Origin: Squalus acanthias
Taxonomy: Eukaryota
DNA length: 64,000 bases
Reading direction: 5' to 3'
NCBI GenBank assembly: GCA_030390025.1
Contig: CM059432.1
Coordinates: 4,712,001 to 4,776,000 of the forward strand
This document shows positions 1 to 12,294 of the stretch, in pieces. The notes below the pieces were generated by a model that ran no database searches, was not told where the DNA came from, and saw only the letters and a list, made by a program, of their open reading frames with translations. How positions within the stretch are numbered: position 1 is the first letter of the stretch; the number at the start of each line of letters is the position of its first letter. Position numbers and translations under genes: made by a program.

Positions 1-65
1 ACTTGTGTGGGGACGCAAATTGAAGTCAATGGCGCTGAATATCGAACGGGAAGCATAAAGGGCAG

Positions 66-335
66 CATAGGAACAGGAGTAGGTCATTCCGCCACTCGAG
101 CCTGTTCCGCCATTCAAATAGATCATGGTTGATCTGTAGCTTAACTCCATTTTCCTGCCTTTGATCCATGTCCCGAGATACCCTTACCTAATAAAAATCT
201 GTCAATCTCAGTCTTGAAAATTTCAATTGTACCAGCGTGGTAATAAGTGAGAGAGTTCTGATTTCCAGCACCCTTTGTGTGAAGAAGTGCTTCCTGACAT
301 CACCCCTGAACGGCCTGGCTCTAATTTTTAGGCTA
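66..335 (-). mobile_element. CR1 LINE 3' fragment
   Basis: Reverse complement of the CR1 ORF2 end and 3' UTR seen at 8100-8340 (AATGGCGGAACAGGCTCGAG...CCTACTCCTG). Confidence 0.8.
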
Positions 336-552
336 AAGCAGATGAGATACCACCCATTTTGCATCCCTGACCAAGTCGAATTTCACCCTCAAGGGCTCTT
401 TAGCTTAAGAAAAGAGGCATATGAGTGGTGAACTTATAGTTCGATATGTGATAGTTTATCTGGAACATTACTTTAAGCTGAAGAGTGGGAGAAGGACAAA
501 GGGGCACTCGTCTAAAGAGAGCTTTAGGACTGATATCAAAAGGTTACTATTC

Positions 553-680
553 AACAATAACAACAAATTGTAATTGTACAGCGCCTTTAACGTAATAAAA
601 CATCCCAAGACGATTAACAGGAGCATTATAAAACAAAATTTAACACCGAGCCACATAAGGAGATATTTTTGGACAGGTCA
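553..680 (-). mobile_element. L2-type LINE 3' tail
   Basis: Reverse complement of the ...AAAGGCGCT...TTGTTGTT tail also found at 39840-39900, 53590-53660 and 54980-55045. Confidence 0.6.
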
Positions 681-690
681 TAGAGTCTTT

Positions 691-957
691 GGGCTGGATT
701 TTGTCTTGGGGTCGGGTTGGGGTCGTGTCATCCGCATTTCGTGTTATCCACCCGCCTGCAATTGGATGTGGGAGATTGATGCAATTTTCACTTAATTGGG
801 CAATTGAGTTCCAGCCTGTGGGAACCCATGAACCAATTAGTGGTTTCAGTCTGAAAGTCGCCTCTGATGATGTCATCATTGCAGGTCAGAGACTGCCTGG
901 TCTCAGAGATTGCCTGGCCTTTGCTGTTAGAGGACCTGGATGCAAAATGAGCAGCAT

Positions 958-996
<39 letters not shown>

Positions 997-1452
997 TTTT
1001 TTTTCCATCCAGGTCCTCCAAAGGCCCAGGCAGTCTCTGAAGACATTCAATGCAGCAGTATCAAAGGCGACTTTCAGACCTAATACTACTACTACCTTCA
1101 TCACATCTCCGTTGTAATAGTGGACCTGCAGCTGATAGTCAGCTATCCACTTGTGCTCCCGTCAGGTTTCACTGGCGTGTTTCACATCAGGCGTACTTCA
1201 TGTCAGAAAAGGGTTAAACTAGCTAAAACGTTTCAAAATGGCATTACAGAGCCAATTTAGGGCTTGTTAAGGGCTTTAATGGCCTCTCCCGCCTCTTGGA
1301 GGCGGGACGGAGTCAGGAACACCGCACACGATTTTATCAAAATTGCATAGAGGCGGGTTGGAGGCGGAATGGGTTCGGGACCCCCGAATCTGCAACTTTA
1401 ACCCCCCACACGCCTCCAAACCCGACTCCACGGGTCATTGAAAATCCAGCCC
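691..1452. mobile_element. Non-autonomous TIR element (MITE family A, PIF/Harbinger-like)
   Basis: TIR GGGCTGGATTTT...AAAATCCAGCCC; inverted second copy at 38224-39302. Confidence 0.85.
961..990. repeat. (AG)15 microsatellite inside MITE A
   Basis: Direct reading. Confidence 0.95.
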
Positions 1453-1893
1453 ATAGAGTCACAGAGTCATAACGGCACAGAAGGAGACCATTCGGCCCAT
1501 CAAGTCCGTGCTGGCTCTCTCTAGAGCAATCCAGTCAGTCCATTCCCCCGCTCTATCCCCGTAGCCCTGCAAGTTTATTTCCCTCAAGTGCCTATCCAGT
1601 CTCCCCTTGAAAACATTGAGTGTCTCCGCTTCCACCACTTCCGTCAGCAGCTAGTTCCAGGTCCTCACCACTCGCTGCGTAAAACAGTTTTTCCTCACAT
1701 CCCCCCTGTATCTCTTGCCAAAACCTCAAATCTGTGTCCCCTAATCCTTGTACCATCAACTAGTGGGAACAGCCTTTCCCCGTCTAGCCTATCCAAACCC
1801 GTCATAATCTTGTACACCTCGATCAAATCACCCCTCAACCTCCTTTGCTCTGATGAAAACAAATCCAGCTTCTCCAACCTGTCCTTGTAGCTA
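1453..1893 (-). mobile_element. CR1 LINE 3' fragment
   Basis: ORF 1695-1904 encodes LSYKDRLEKLDLFSSEQRRLRGDLIEVYKI, the CR1 ORF2 C-terminus. Confidence 0.85.
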
Positions 1894-1899
1894 AGATCC

Positions 1900-2090
1900 A
1901 CCATCCAAAATCTTGATCAAAGAGGTAGGTTTTAAGGAGCGTCTTAAAGGAGGAGAGAGAGGCGGAGAGGTTTAGGGAGGGAATTCCAGAGTGTAGGACC
2001 CAGGCAGCTGAAGGCACGGCCGCCAATGGTGGAGCGATGGAAATCGGGGATGCGCAAGAGACCAGAATTGGAGGAGCGCAGAGATCTTGT
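1900..2090 (-). mobile_element. L2-type LINE fragment
   Basis: SLSSFKTLLKTYLFDQ motif; matches 54740-54915. Confidence 0.7.
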
Positions 2091-2460
2091 AGAGTACATC
2101 AAGTAAAGACCCTGGGAAGCACTTAAGAACCAATTGGAGGGAGTGTATGTTTATCCTGCATGGATAAATTAAGAGAACAAAAAGATCTTCCCCATAGGTA
2201 AGAGTCCTGTGAACCTGCAAGGACGTGTTTTTTTGCTAAGTACACTGGGTGTGTCGCTCCAGCTAGTGTCAAAGCAGTGCCAAGAGTTAGAACACCTGCA
2301 AAATATTGCATTGTAAATAGAATAAGGGGTCAAGTCTGCCAAGCTAACATGTACACACACATACACTAAACCTAAAATAAAAGAATGAGCAAACTCCAAA
2401 CTTTCAAATTAAAATGAGACTCTAGTGGCGGAAAAACAAAAATCGATGCTAATACTTTGC

Positions 2461-2836
2461 ACTTTGTGCTCAAGTCTCTGGAGTGGGTTGAAGTCCCACT
2501 AAAATCTAGGTCTGACACTCCACTGCAGCGCTGAGGGAAGTGCCGCACTGTCCGAGGTGCTGTCTTTCGGATGAGACATTAAACCGAGGCCCCGTCTGCT
2601 CTCTCAGGTGGACGTAAAAGATCCCACGGCACTATTTCAAAGAAGAGCAGGGGAGTTATCCCCGGTTCCCTGGGCCAATAGTTATCCCTCAATCAACATC
2701 ACTAAAAATAGATGATCCGGGTCATTATCACATTGCTGTTTGTGGGAGCTTGCTGCGCGTAAACTGGCAACAGTGACTACACGTCAAAAAGTACTTCATT
2801 GGCTGTAAAGCGCTTTGGGACGTCCGGAGGTTGCGA
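2461..2836 (+). mobile_element. DeuSINE (SacSINE1/AmnSINE1-like)
   Basis: Deu-domain-like core GCACTGTC.GAGGTGC.GTCTTTCGGATGAGAC..TAAACCGAGGCCCC; many copies in the window. Confidence 0.8.
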
Positions 2837-3316
2837 GACCGAATTTCTCCTCCTATGTAACTATATAACCCGCGTCGTCCTAACACCCCAACAATTGGCA
2901 CACCTGCAAAGGTCAGAGGGAAATCAATGTCAAGAATTTCCATAATGGTGCTGCTCCACGGGATTGCAATACAAGTTAGTTTGACAGTTGAGAACTCCTG
3001 CAATCAAAAATCGCTCTTCCCTATAAAAGACTGGCTGCAACCCTCTAAGCTGCTGCAATAGTGCCAGAAATGCGTTCCTCCCCAATCTGAGAGCTCCCAT
3101 CAACTGGGAGATTGAACATGTGGAGCTCAAGTAGATTAGTTAATGAAGCCCGAACAAAAATTTGGAGTGGGAACATAGCTGCCAGACTGGGCTTGCACAA
3201 AGCAGTGAGAGAACCAACACAAAGGAATAACCTATTTCACCCCGTCTACCTGTCACAGAGGCGTCTGCCCATTACATTAGTAGGAGTGACCATCACAAAA
3301 TCCTTGTGGAGACGAA

Positions 3317-3658
3317 GGGGGGAAAAGCTAACGGGGCGCAAAGCGCCTTGCGCCGCTAACGCCTCCTGCGAAATGTTAACGGTAGCCAGTAGTGCCCCAC
3401 GGCGCTGCACCTCCGGCGATGACATCATCGCCGTGCACAGCACCCCGCTCGCAAACATCACTCACGCCCCCTGGCCTAGCACCAGACAATATGTCCAACA
3501 GGGTCATTTTTGCAGCTGCGATGCCGCAAGTTAAAGGGGCGTGTGTCGAGCGACCATTTTCTTTTGGCCGACTGCCAGCACCTGCCCCCTTCTTTCCTCG
3601 GGGTGCCGGCCACAATCGCTCAGCCAAAAGGGGGGGCGCCACTAGATTTCTCCCCCCC
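3317..3658. mobile_element. GC-rich MITE (family B) inserted in a LINE fragment
   Basis: G-run/C-run ends with flanks GAA/TAA; interrupts GTGGAGACGAAGTCCC of the LINE family at 18345-21476; interior related to 44039-44745. Confidence 0.65.
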
Positions 3659-3724
3659 TAAGTCCCATCTTCACACTGAGGACACCTTCCATCATGTTGT
3701 GTGGCACTACCACCAGGGTAAGCA

Positions 3725-3910
3725 GGCAGACGGGGCCTCAGTTTAACGTCTCATCCGAAAGACGGCACCTCCGACAGTGCAGCGCTCCCTCAGTACTGCA
3801 CTGGAGTTTCAGCCTAGCTTTATGTGCTCAAGTCTCTGGAGTGGGACTTGAACCCACAACCATTCTGACTCAGAGGCGAGAGTGCTGCCCACTGAGCCAC
3901 AGCTGACACA
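3725..3910 (-). mobile_element. DeuSINE 5' half (tRNA-derived head)
   Basis: A-box TGGCTCAGTGG and B-box GGTTCAAGTCC on the minus strand, followed by the Deu core. Confidence 0.8.
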
Positions 3911-4306
3911 GTTAAGTTAAGTTAAGTTAACAAAAGTTAAGAACCATGGTGATGATCAAACAGAGGCAGCGGACCTGGGTGGAGCGGCTGCGGTGAGGCG
4001 GAGCTGATAAAAGAGCCGGCGGCGACCAGGTAGGCTTACCAATCTGAGCCCCGAGAGCGGGAGAGAGAGAAGTAGAAAATAATCAAAGTGTGACGTCACC
4101 AGAAAGCAGGTAAGTGATTGGTTGGTGAGTATTTCTCTTTTTCTCCTTTTTTCCATACTTAAATTCTGTGGTTTATAGTTTCTAGAGTCTCTGTGGTGTA
4201 GCGGGGACTGCTGTTAAGCAAGGGCCCTTGAGTATATCATTTAATTAAAGTGAAATTGGTGGGATTCAATTAGTTTAATTTTAATTAATTAATTAAAGGG
4301 TAAGTC

Positions 4307-5258
4307 ATGGCAGCAGAGCTCGGCGCCGTGATATGCTCCTCCTGCAATATGTGGGAAATCAGGGACACTTCCTGTGTCCCTGACGACCATGTGTGTGGGA
4401 AATGTATCCAGCTGCAGCTACTGAAGGACCGCATTGCGGCGCTGGAGCTGCGGATGGATGCATATTGGAGCATTCGCGACGCTGAGAACGTCGTGAATAA
4501 CACGTTTAGCGAGTTGGTCACACCGCAGGTAAAGGGTGTACAGGCAGGAAGTGAATGGGTGACCACCAGGCAGAGTAAGAGGTGCAGGCAGGTAGTGCAG
4601 GGGTCCCCTGTGGCCATCCCCCTCTCAAACAGATATACCACTTTGGATGCTGTTGGGGGGGGATGACTTATCAGGGGAAGGCGGCAGCAGCCAACTTCCT
4701 GGCACCATGGGTGGCTCTGCTGCACAGGCTGGGAGGAAAAAGTGTGGAAGAGCTATAGTGATAGGGGATTCAATTGTAAGGGGAATAGATAGGCGTTTCT
4801 GCGGCCGCAATCGAGACTCCAGGATGGTGTGTTGCCTCCCTGGTGCAAGGGTCAAGGACGTCTCGGAGCGGCTACAGAACACTTTGGAGGGGGAGGGCGA
4901 ACAGCCAGTTGTCGTGGTGCACATAGGCATCAACGATATAGGTAAAAAACGGGATGAGGTCCTAAAAGCAGAATATAGGGAGTTAGGAGGTAAATTAAAA
5001 AAGAGGACCTCAAAGGTAGTAATCTCAGGATTGCTACCAGTGCCACGTGCTTGTCAGAGTAGAAATAGGAGGATATTTCAAATGAATACGTGGCCAGAGG
5101 AATGGTGCAAGGGGGAGGGATTCAAATTCCTTGGACATTGGAACCGGTTCTGGGGGAGGTGGGACCAGTACAAACGGGACGGTCTGCACCTGGGCAGGGC
5201 CGGGACCGATGTCCTAGGGGGAGTGTTTGCTAGTGCTGTTGGGGAGGGTTTAAACTAA
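4307..5258 (+). pseudogene. CR1 ORF1 (Zn-finger/leucine zipper + SGNH esterase), frameshifted
   Basis: CSSC...HVCGKC, leucine heptads, GDS, HIGIND and DGLHL motifs; frameshift in the G-run at about 4654-4662. Confidence 0.9.
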
Positions 5259-5380
5259 AGTGGCAGGGGGTTGGGAACCTGAGCAGGGAGACAGAGGAAA
5301 GGGAAATAAGGATAAAAGCTAAAGACAGGAAGGAGAAAAACAAAAGTAGAAGGCAAAGAACTCAACGGTTTAAATCAAAC

Positions 5381-8241
5381 ATGGTCACAGTAAATAATAA
5401 TTCATATAGGTCTGAGAGCGTTAAAAAAACAAGCCTGAAGGCTTTGTGTCTTAATGCAAGGAGCATTCGGAACAAGGTGGATGAATTAGCTGCGCAAATA
5501 GAGGTAAATGAATACGATTTGATTGGGATTACAGAAACATGGCTCCAGGGTGGCCAAGGCTGGGAACTCAACATCCAGGGTTATTCAATATTTAGGAAAG
5601 ATAGGCAAAAAAGAAAGGGAGGTGGGGTAGCATTGCTGGTTAAAGAGGGGATTAACACAATTGAAAGGAAGGATATTAGCTCTGATGATGCGGAATCTGT
5701 ATGGGTAGAACTGAGAAATAACAAGGGGCAGAAAACGTTAGTGGGAGTGGTATATAGACCTCCAAACAGTAATACGGAGGTTGGGGACGGCATTAAAAGG
5801 GAAATTAGAGAAGCATGCAGTAAGGGCACAGCAGTCATCATGGGTGACTTTAATTTATATATAGATTGGGCTAACCAAATTAGTAAAAATACTGGGGAGG
5901 AGGAATTCCTAGAATGTTTACGAGATGGTTTTCTGGAACAATATGTCGAGGAACCAACCAGAGATCAGGCCATCTTAGACTGGGTATTATGCAACGAGAA
6001 AGGATTAATTAGCAATCTTGTTGTACGAGGCCCCTTGGGTCAGAGTGATCATAATATGATAGAATTCTTCATTAGGATGGAGAGTGAAGTAGTTGAATCA
6101 GAGACTAGGGTCCTGAATTTAAATAAAGGAAACTACGATGGTATGAGGCGCGAATTGGGTAGGATTGATTGGGGAATGTCACTCAAGGGGTTGACGGTGG
6201 ATAGGCAATGGCAAACATTCAAAGACTGCATGGATGAACTACAGAATTTGTACATCCCAGTGTGGCATAAGAATAAAACAAAAAGGGTGACTCAACCATG
6301 GCTAACAAGGGAAATTAGGGATAGCATAAGATCCAAGGAGAGGGCATATAAATTGGCCAGAAAAAGCGGTAGCCCTGAGGATTGGGAGCAGTTTAGGATT
6401 CAACAAAGGAGGACAAAGGGATTAATTAAGAAGGGGAAAATAGAATATGAAAGTAAGCTTGCTGGGAACATAAAAACTGACTGTAAGAGCTTTTATAGAT
6501 ATGTGAAGAGAAAAAGATTAGTGAAATCAAGTGTAGGTCCCTTGCAGTCAGAAGCGGGGGAAGTTATAATGGGGAACAAAGAAATGGCAGCCCAATTAAA
6601 TGCATATTTTGGTTCTGTCTTCACAAAGGAGGACACAAATAACCTCCCAGAGATGTTGGAGAACATACGGTCTGATGAAAGGGAGGAACTGAAAGAAATC
6701 AGTATTTGCAGGGAAATGGTGTTAGGGAAATTGACGGTATTGAAGGCCGATAAATCCCCAGGGCCTGATAATCTACATCCTAGGGTACTTAAGGAAGTGG
6801 CCCTAGAAATAGTAGATGCATTGCTGATCATCTTCCAACATTCGATGGAATCTGGAACTCTACCCATGGATTGGAGGGTAGCTAATGTTACCCCACTATT
6901 CAAAAAGGGTGGTAGAGAGAAAGCGGGGAATTACAGACCGGTAAGCCTGACATCGGTAGTGGGGAAAATGCTAGAGTCCATTATAAAGGATGTAATAGCT
7001 GAGCATTTGAAAAACAGTGACAGGATCGGACAAAGTCAACATGGATTTACAAAAGGTAAATCGTGCTTGACTAATCTACTGGAATTTTTTGAGGATGTAA
7101 CTGGGAAAATAGATAAGGGAGAACCAGTAGATGTGGTGTATTTTGACTTTCAAAAGGCTTTCGATAAGGTCCCGCATAAGAGATTAGCGGGTAAAGTTAA
7201 GGCACATGGGATTGGGGGCAAGGTATTGACTTGGATAGAGAACTGGTTGGCGGACAGAAAGCAGAGAGTAGGAATTAATGGGTCTTTTTCCGAGTGGCAA
7301 GCAGTGACTAGTGGGGTACCGCAGGGATCGGTCCTTGGACCCCAGCTATTCACAATATACATTAATGAGCTAGATAAGGGAATTAAATGTAATATCTCCA
7401 AGTTTGCAGATGACACAAAGCTGGGTGGGAGTGTGTGCAGCGAGGAGGATAGCGAGAAACTCCAGGATGATCTGGACAGGTTGGGTGAGTGGGCAGAAGC
7501 GTGGCAGATGAAATATAACGTGGATAAGTGCGAGGTTATCCACTTTGGTGTCAAAAACAGAAAGGCAGATTATTATCTGAATGGCAATAGATTGGGAGAA
7601 GGGGAAGTGCAATGAGACCTGGGTGTCCTTGTGCACCAGTCGCTGAAAGTAAGTATGCAGGTGCAGCAGGCGGTGAAGAAGGCAAATGGTATGTTGGCCT
7701 TCATAGCGAAAGGGTTTGAGTATAGGAACAGGGATGTCCTGCTGCAGTTGTACAGGGCCTTGGTGAGACCACACCTTGAGTACTGTGTGCAGTTTTGGTC
7801 GCCTTATCTGAGGAAGGATGTTCTTGCCATGGAAGGAGTTCAGCGAAGATTCACAAGGCTGATACCTGGGATGGCAGGAATGACATATGAGGAGAGATTG
7901 GGTCGATTGGGCTTATACTCACTGAGTATAGAAGAATGAGAGGGGATCTCATCGAAACATATAAAATTCTGACAGGTCTGGACAAACTAGATGCAGGAAG
8001 AATGTTCCCGATGGTCGGAGAGTCCAGAACCAGGGGTCATAATCTACGGATAACGGGTAAACCATTTAGGACAGAAATGAGGAAGAATTTCTTCACCCAG
8101 AGAGTGGTGAACCTGTGGAATTCTCTACCACAGAAGGTAGTTGAGGCGAAGTCATTAAATATATTCAAGGATGAGTTAGATATATTTCTTAAAGCTAAAG
8201 GTATCAAGGGATATGGGGAGAAGGCAGGTACAGGGTACTGA
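5381..8241 (+). pseudogene. CR1 ORF2 (APE endonuclease + reverse transcriptase)
   Basis: GITETW, GDFN, SDH, QGSVLGP and FADD motifs; premature TGA at 7613-7615; frameshift near 7926. Confidence 0.95.
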
Positions 8242-8727
8242 GTTTAGATGATCAGCCATGATCTCATCGAATGGCGGAGCAGGCTCGAGGGGCCGAATGG
8301 CCTACTCCTGCTCCTATCTTCTATGTTTCTATGTTTCTATGACAACCACTTTAGACACAGTTCCACGAGGATTATTGTCACAATACAGATAACAGTTTAA
8401 AAATTTAAAGTTTAGAGATTAAAAAGATGAATCATATATAGAAATGCGCACGATTTTTCCATTTAGGAACCACGCTTTCATGTCACGTGAAACTCGTCTG
8501 AAATATCTTTCTGCACTGTATGCAGAAATGAAGAATTAGTCAATGGGTGTGTTCAGTTTTCAAGTAAAGAAAAAAAATCGCGTAAACTCAATTAAAATGT
8601 TACCGCGCCCTAATCTTCAGCAATTACCTCATCGCTGAGATGACACCAGAAAATTACCTTTCCATCTGCACAATTAAAACACAATCATACTCCGGAATCC
8701 GAGGTGCATTGCATTGTTGAACATTAT

Positions 8728-9240
8728 TGCATTGGAGGCAGTTCAGAGACGATTCACTCGGTTGATTCCTGAGATGTGGGGGTTGACTTATGAAGAAAGG
8801 TTGAGCAGGTTGGGCCTATCTATACTCATTGGAATTTAGAAGAATGAGAGGTGATCTTATTGAAACATATATCGATACTGAGGGGGCTCGACAAGGTAGA
8901 TGCAGAGAGGATGTTTCCCCCTCGTGGGGAAATCTAGAACTCGGGGGCACAGTCTCAGAATAAAGGGTCGCCCTTTTAGAACTGAGATGAGGAGGAATTT
9001 CTTCTCTCAGAGGGTCGTAAATCTGTGGAATTCTCTGCCCCAGAGAACCGTGGAGGCTGGGTCATTAAATACATTTAAGGTGGAGATAGACAAATTTTTG
9101 CAAGATAAGGGAGTGAAGGGTTATGGGGAGCGGGCAGGGAAGTGGCTTTGAGCCCGAGATCAGCCATGATCTTATTGAATGGCGGAGCAGGCTCGAGGGG
9201 CCAAGTGGCCTATTCCTGCTCCTATTTCTTATGTTCTTCT
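8728..9240 (+). mobile_element. CR1 3' fragment
   Basis: SRTRGHSLRIKGRPFRTEMRRNFFSQRVVNLWNSLP plus 3' UTR. Confidence 0.9.
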
Positions 9241-9591
9241 GTTAGTATTTTGCCTGGATTGAGTCACAGCTGAGTAAATGACCCGCTGAAAAGCATCCAT
9301 TTGTTTCTGAAATGTAGCACATTATCTCTCCTGAAGTGCGATGCAAAGGAGGTAGAACTCGATCATGGGCCACCCACAACTCTTAACATCCACCAGTATG
9401 GAAGCAGAATTGATTTATCGTGCCTACAATTTATGAAATCCACACGGGAGCAAAGAACGAAAGGAACGAGAGAGGAGATTACAGGCGTCAGCCCATGGAC
9501 TCCACAGATCGTGTGTCATTTGCTGTATCGTGTACTTCATCAACCCCATTTAATCTCCTGCAGCAACGGTGCAAAGTATAACGAAGTATTA

Positions 9592-10245
9592 ACAGCACAA
9601 ACACAGGTCATTCAGCCCAACTGGTCCGTGCCGGTGTTTATGCACCACACCAGCCTCCTCCCACCCTATTTCATCTCACCCCATCAGCATACCCTTCTAA
9701 TCCTTTCTCCCTCATGTGTTTATCCAGCTTTCCCTTAAATGCATCTATACTATTCGCCTCAACCACTCCCTGTGGGAGCGAGTTCCACATTCTCACCACT
9801 CTCTGGGTAAAGAAGTTTCTCCTGAATTCCCTATTGGATTTATTAGTGACTGTCTTATATTGATGGCCCCTAGTTCTGGTCTCACCTGCAAGTGGAAACA
9901 TCTTCTCTATGTCTACCCTTTCGAACCCTTTCATAATCTTAAAGACCTTTATCAGGAAACCCCTCAGTCTTCTCTTTTCTAGAGAAAAGAGCCCCAGCCT
10001 GTTCAATCTTTCCTGATAAGTATAACCTCTGAGTTCCGGTATCATTCTAGTAATTATTTTGGCACCTTCTCCAGTGCCTCTATATCCTTTTTTATAATAT
10101 GGAGACCAGAACTGCTCACAGTGCTCCAAGTGTGGTCAAACCATGGTTCGATACAAGTTTAACACAACTTCTCTGCTTTCTAAGTCTATCCCTCTAGAAA
10201 TGAACCCCAGTGCTTTGTTTACTTTTTATGGTCTTATTAATCTGT
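9592..10245 (-). mobile_element. CR1 3' fragment (second subfamily)
   Basis: ORF 9671-10129 is a CR1 ORF2 C-terminus. Confidence 0.85.
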
Positions 10246-10348
10246 ACCTTAATTTATTTAATTAATTAGGGTATCGGTTTGACTCAGTTGGTCCCACTTC
10301 ACTTTCTATTGTCAGAGTTGCCATTTTGCAAGTGAGGCATTAATAAAA

Positions 10349-11580
10349 TAGAATCATGGAAAGGTTACAGCACAGAAGGAGGCCATTCGGCCCGTCGAGC
10401 CCGTGCCGGCTCTCTGCAAGAGCACTTCAGCCAGTCCCACTCCCCGCGCCCTTTCCCCGTAGCCCTGCAAAAAAAAAATTCTTCAGATACTCATCCAATT
10501 CCCTTTTGAAAGGTAAGATTAAGTCTGCCTCCACCACCCTCTCAGGCAGTGCATTCCAGATCCTAACCACTCGCTGCGTAAAAAAGTTTTTCCTCATGTC
10601 CCCTTTTTTTCTTCTGCCAATCACCTTAAATCTGTGTCCTCTGGTTCTCGACCCTTCCACCAATGGAAACAGTTTCTCTCTATCTACCCTGTCCAGACCC
10701 CTCATGATTTTGAACATCTCTATCAAATGTCCTCTCAGCCTTCTCTGCTCTAAGGAGAACAACCCCAGCCTCTCCAGTCTATCCACGTAACTGAAGTCCC
10801 TCATCCCTGGAACCATTCTTGTAAATCTTTTCTGCACCCTCGCTAAGGCCTTCACATCCTTCCTAAAGTGTGGTGCCCAGAATTGGACACAATATACCAG
10901 TTGTGGCTAAACCAGTGTTTTATAAAGGTTCATCATAACTTCCTTGCTTTTGTACTCTATGCCTCTATTTATGAAGCCCAGGATCCCGTATGCTTTTTTA
11001 ACCACATTCTCAACCTGTCCTGCAAACTTTAATGATTTGTGCACATATACCCCCAGGTCTCTCTCTTCCTGCACCCCTTTAGGATTGTACCCTTTAGTTT
11101 ATATTGCCTCTCCTCGTTCTTCCTACCAAAATGTATCACTTCACACTTATCTGCGTTAAATTTCATCTGCCACGTGTCTGCCCATCCCACCAGCCTGTCT
11201 ATGTCCTCTTGAAGTCCATCACTATCCTCCTCACTGTTCACTATACTTCCAAGTTTTGTGTCACCTGCACATTTTGAAATTGTGTCCTGTACACCCAAGT
11301 CCAAGTCATTAATATCAAGCAATGGTCCTAGTACCAACCCCTGGGGAACACCACTGTGTACCTTACTCCAATCCAATAAACAACCGTTCACCACTACTCT
11401 CTGTTTCCTGTCACTTAGCCAATTTCGTATCCATGCTGCCACTGTCCCTTTTATTCTGTGGGCTTCAAATTTGCTGGCAAACCTATTATGGGGCACCTTG
11501 TCGAATGCCTTTTGGAAGTCCATGTACACCACGTCAACCGCATTGCCCTCATCAACCCTCTCTGTTACCTCATCAAAAGA
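10349..11580 (-). mobile_element. 5'-truncated CR1 (RT and C-terminus)
   Basis: ORFs 11029-11532 ([16 protein letters not shown]) and 10427-10855. Confidence 0.9.
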
Positions 11581-12294
11581 TGTATTCCTGTACTATTTCT
11601 CAATCTTAATCTCTAACAGTGTAACTGCCAGGATATGTCCACCCAAGACCTCTTCCACATTCTCACGACTCTCTGCGTAAAGAAATTCCTCCTAAATTCT
11701 TTGTTTGATTTATTAGTGGCTATCTTATAATTATGCCCCCTTGTTCCGGACTCCCCACAGGTGGTCCCAGCACGGATCACCGGTGGGACGCCACTTCCCA
11801 CCAACTTTCTACCAGTCTGAGAAAATGATCGAGAACGCGCTGCCTGAAAGGGCAGTGGAAACAGATTCAATAGTAACTTTCAAAAGGGAAATGGATATAG
11901 ACTTGAAAAGGAAAACTTTGAAAGGGCTGCGGGGAAAGAGCACGGTGGGGTGGGGTGATGGAGTGGGACTAATGGGATAGCTCTACCAAAGAGCCAGCAC
12001 AGGCATGATGGGCCGAATGGCCTCCTTCTGCGCTGTATGATTCTGTTAGTTGATACTGACAACCTCTAATCCTAATGATAAAGGATCATTTTTCTTCTGA
12101 AGACAACCCGTTAAACAAGTTGAATCAGGAGCTGAAATGCTGACTGCTAACTAGCACTGTGGGAGTACCTTCACCACACGGACAGCAGCGGTTCAAGAAG
12201 GCGGCTCACCACCACCTTCTCAATGGCAATTAGGGATGGGCAATAAATGCTGGATTTGCCAGCGACGCCCACATCCCATAAACGAATTTTTAAA

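Larger units (their letters stand above)
3960..8341 (+). mobile_element. Near full-length CR1 LINE
   Basis: GC-rich 5' UTR, ORF1, ORF2, 3' UTR ending in tandem TTCTATGT units. Confidence 0.95.

Noticed and set aside
3940..3965. Target-site duplication for the full-length CR1 (ATGATCAAAC vs ATGACAACC)
   Set aside because: Match too imperfect to call
5362..7774. Several minus-strand ORFs of 70-136 aa
   Set aside because: Antisense shadows of CR1 ORF2; the same applies to ORFs opposite the other LINEs
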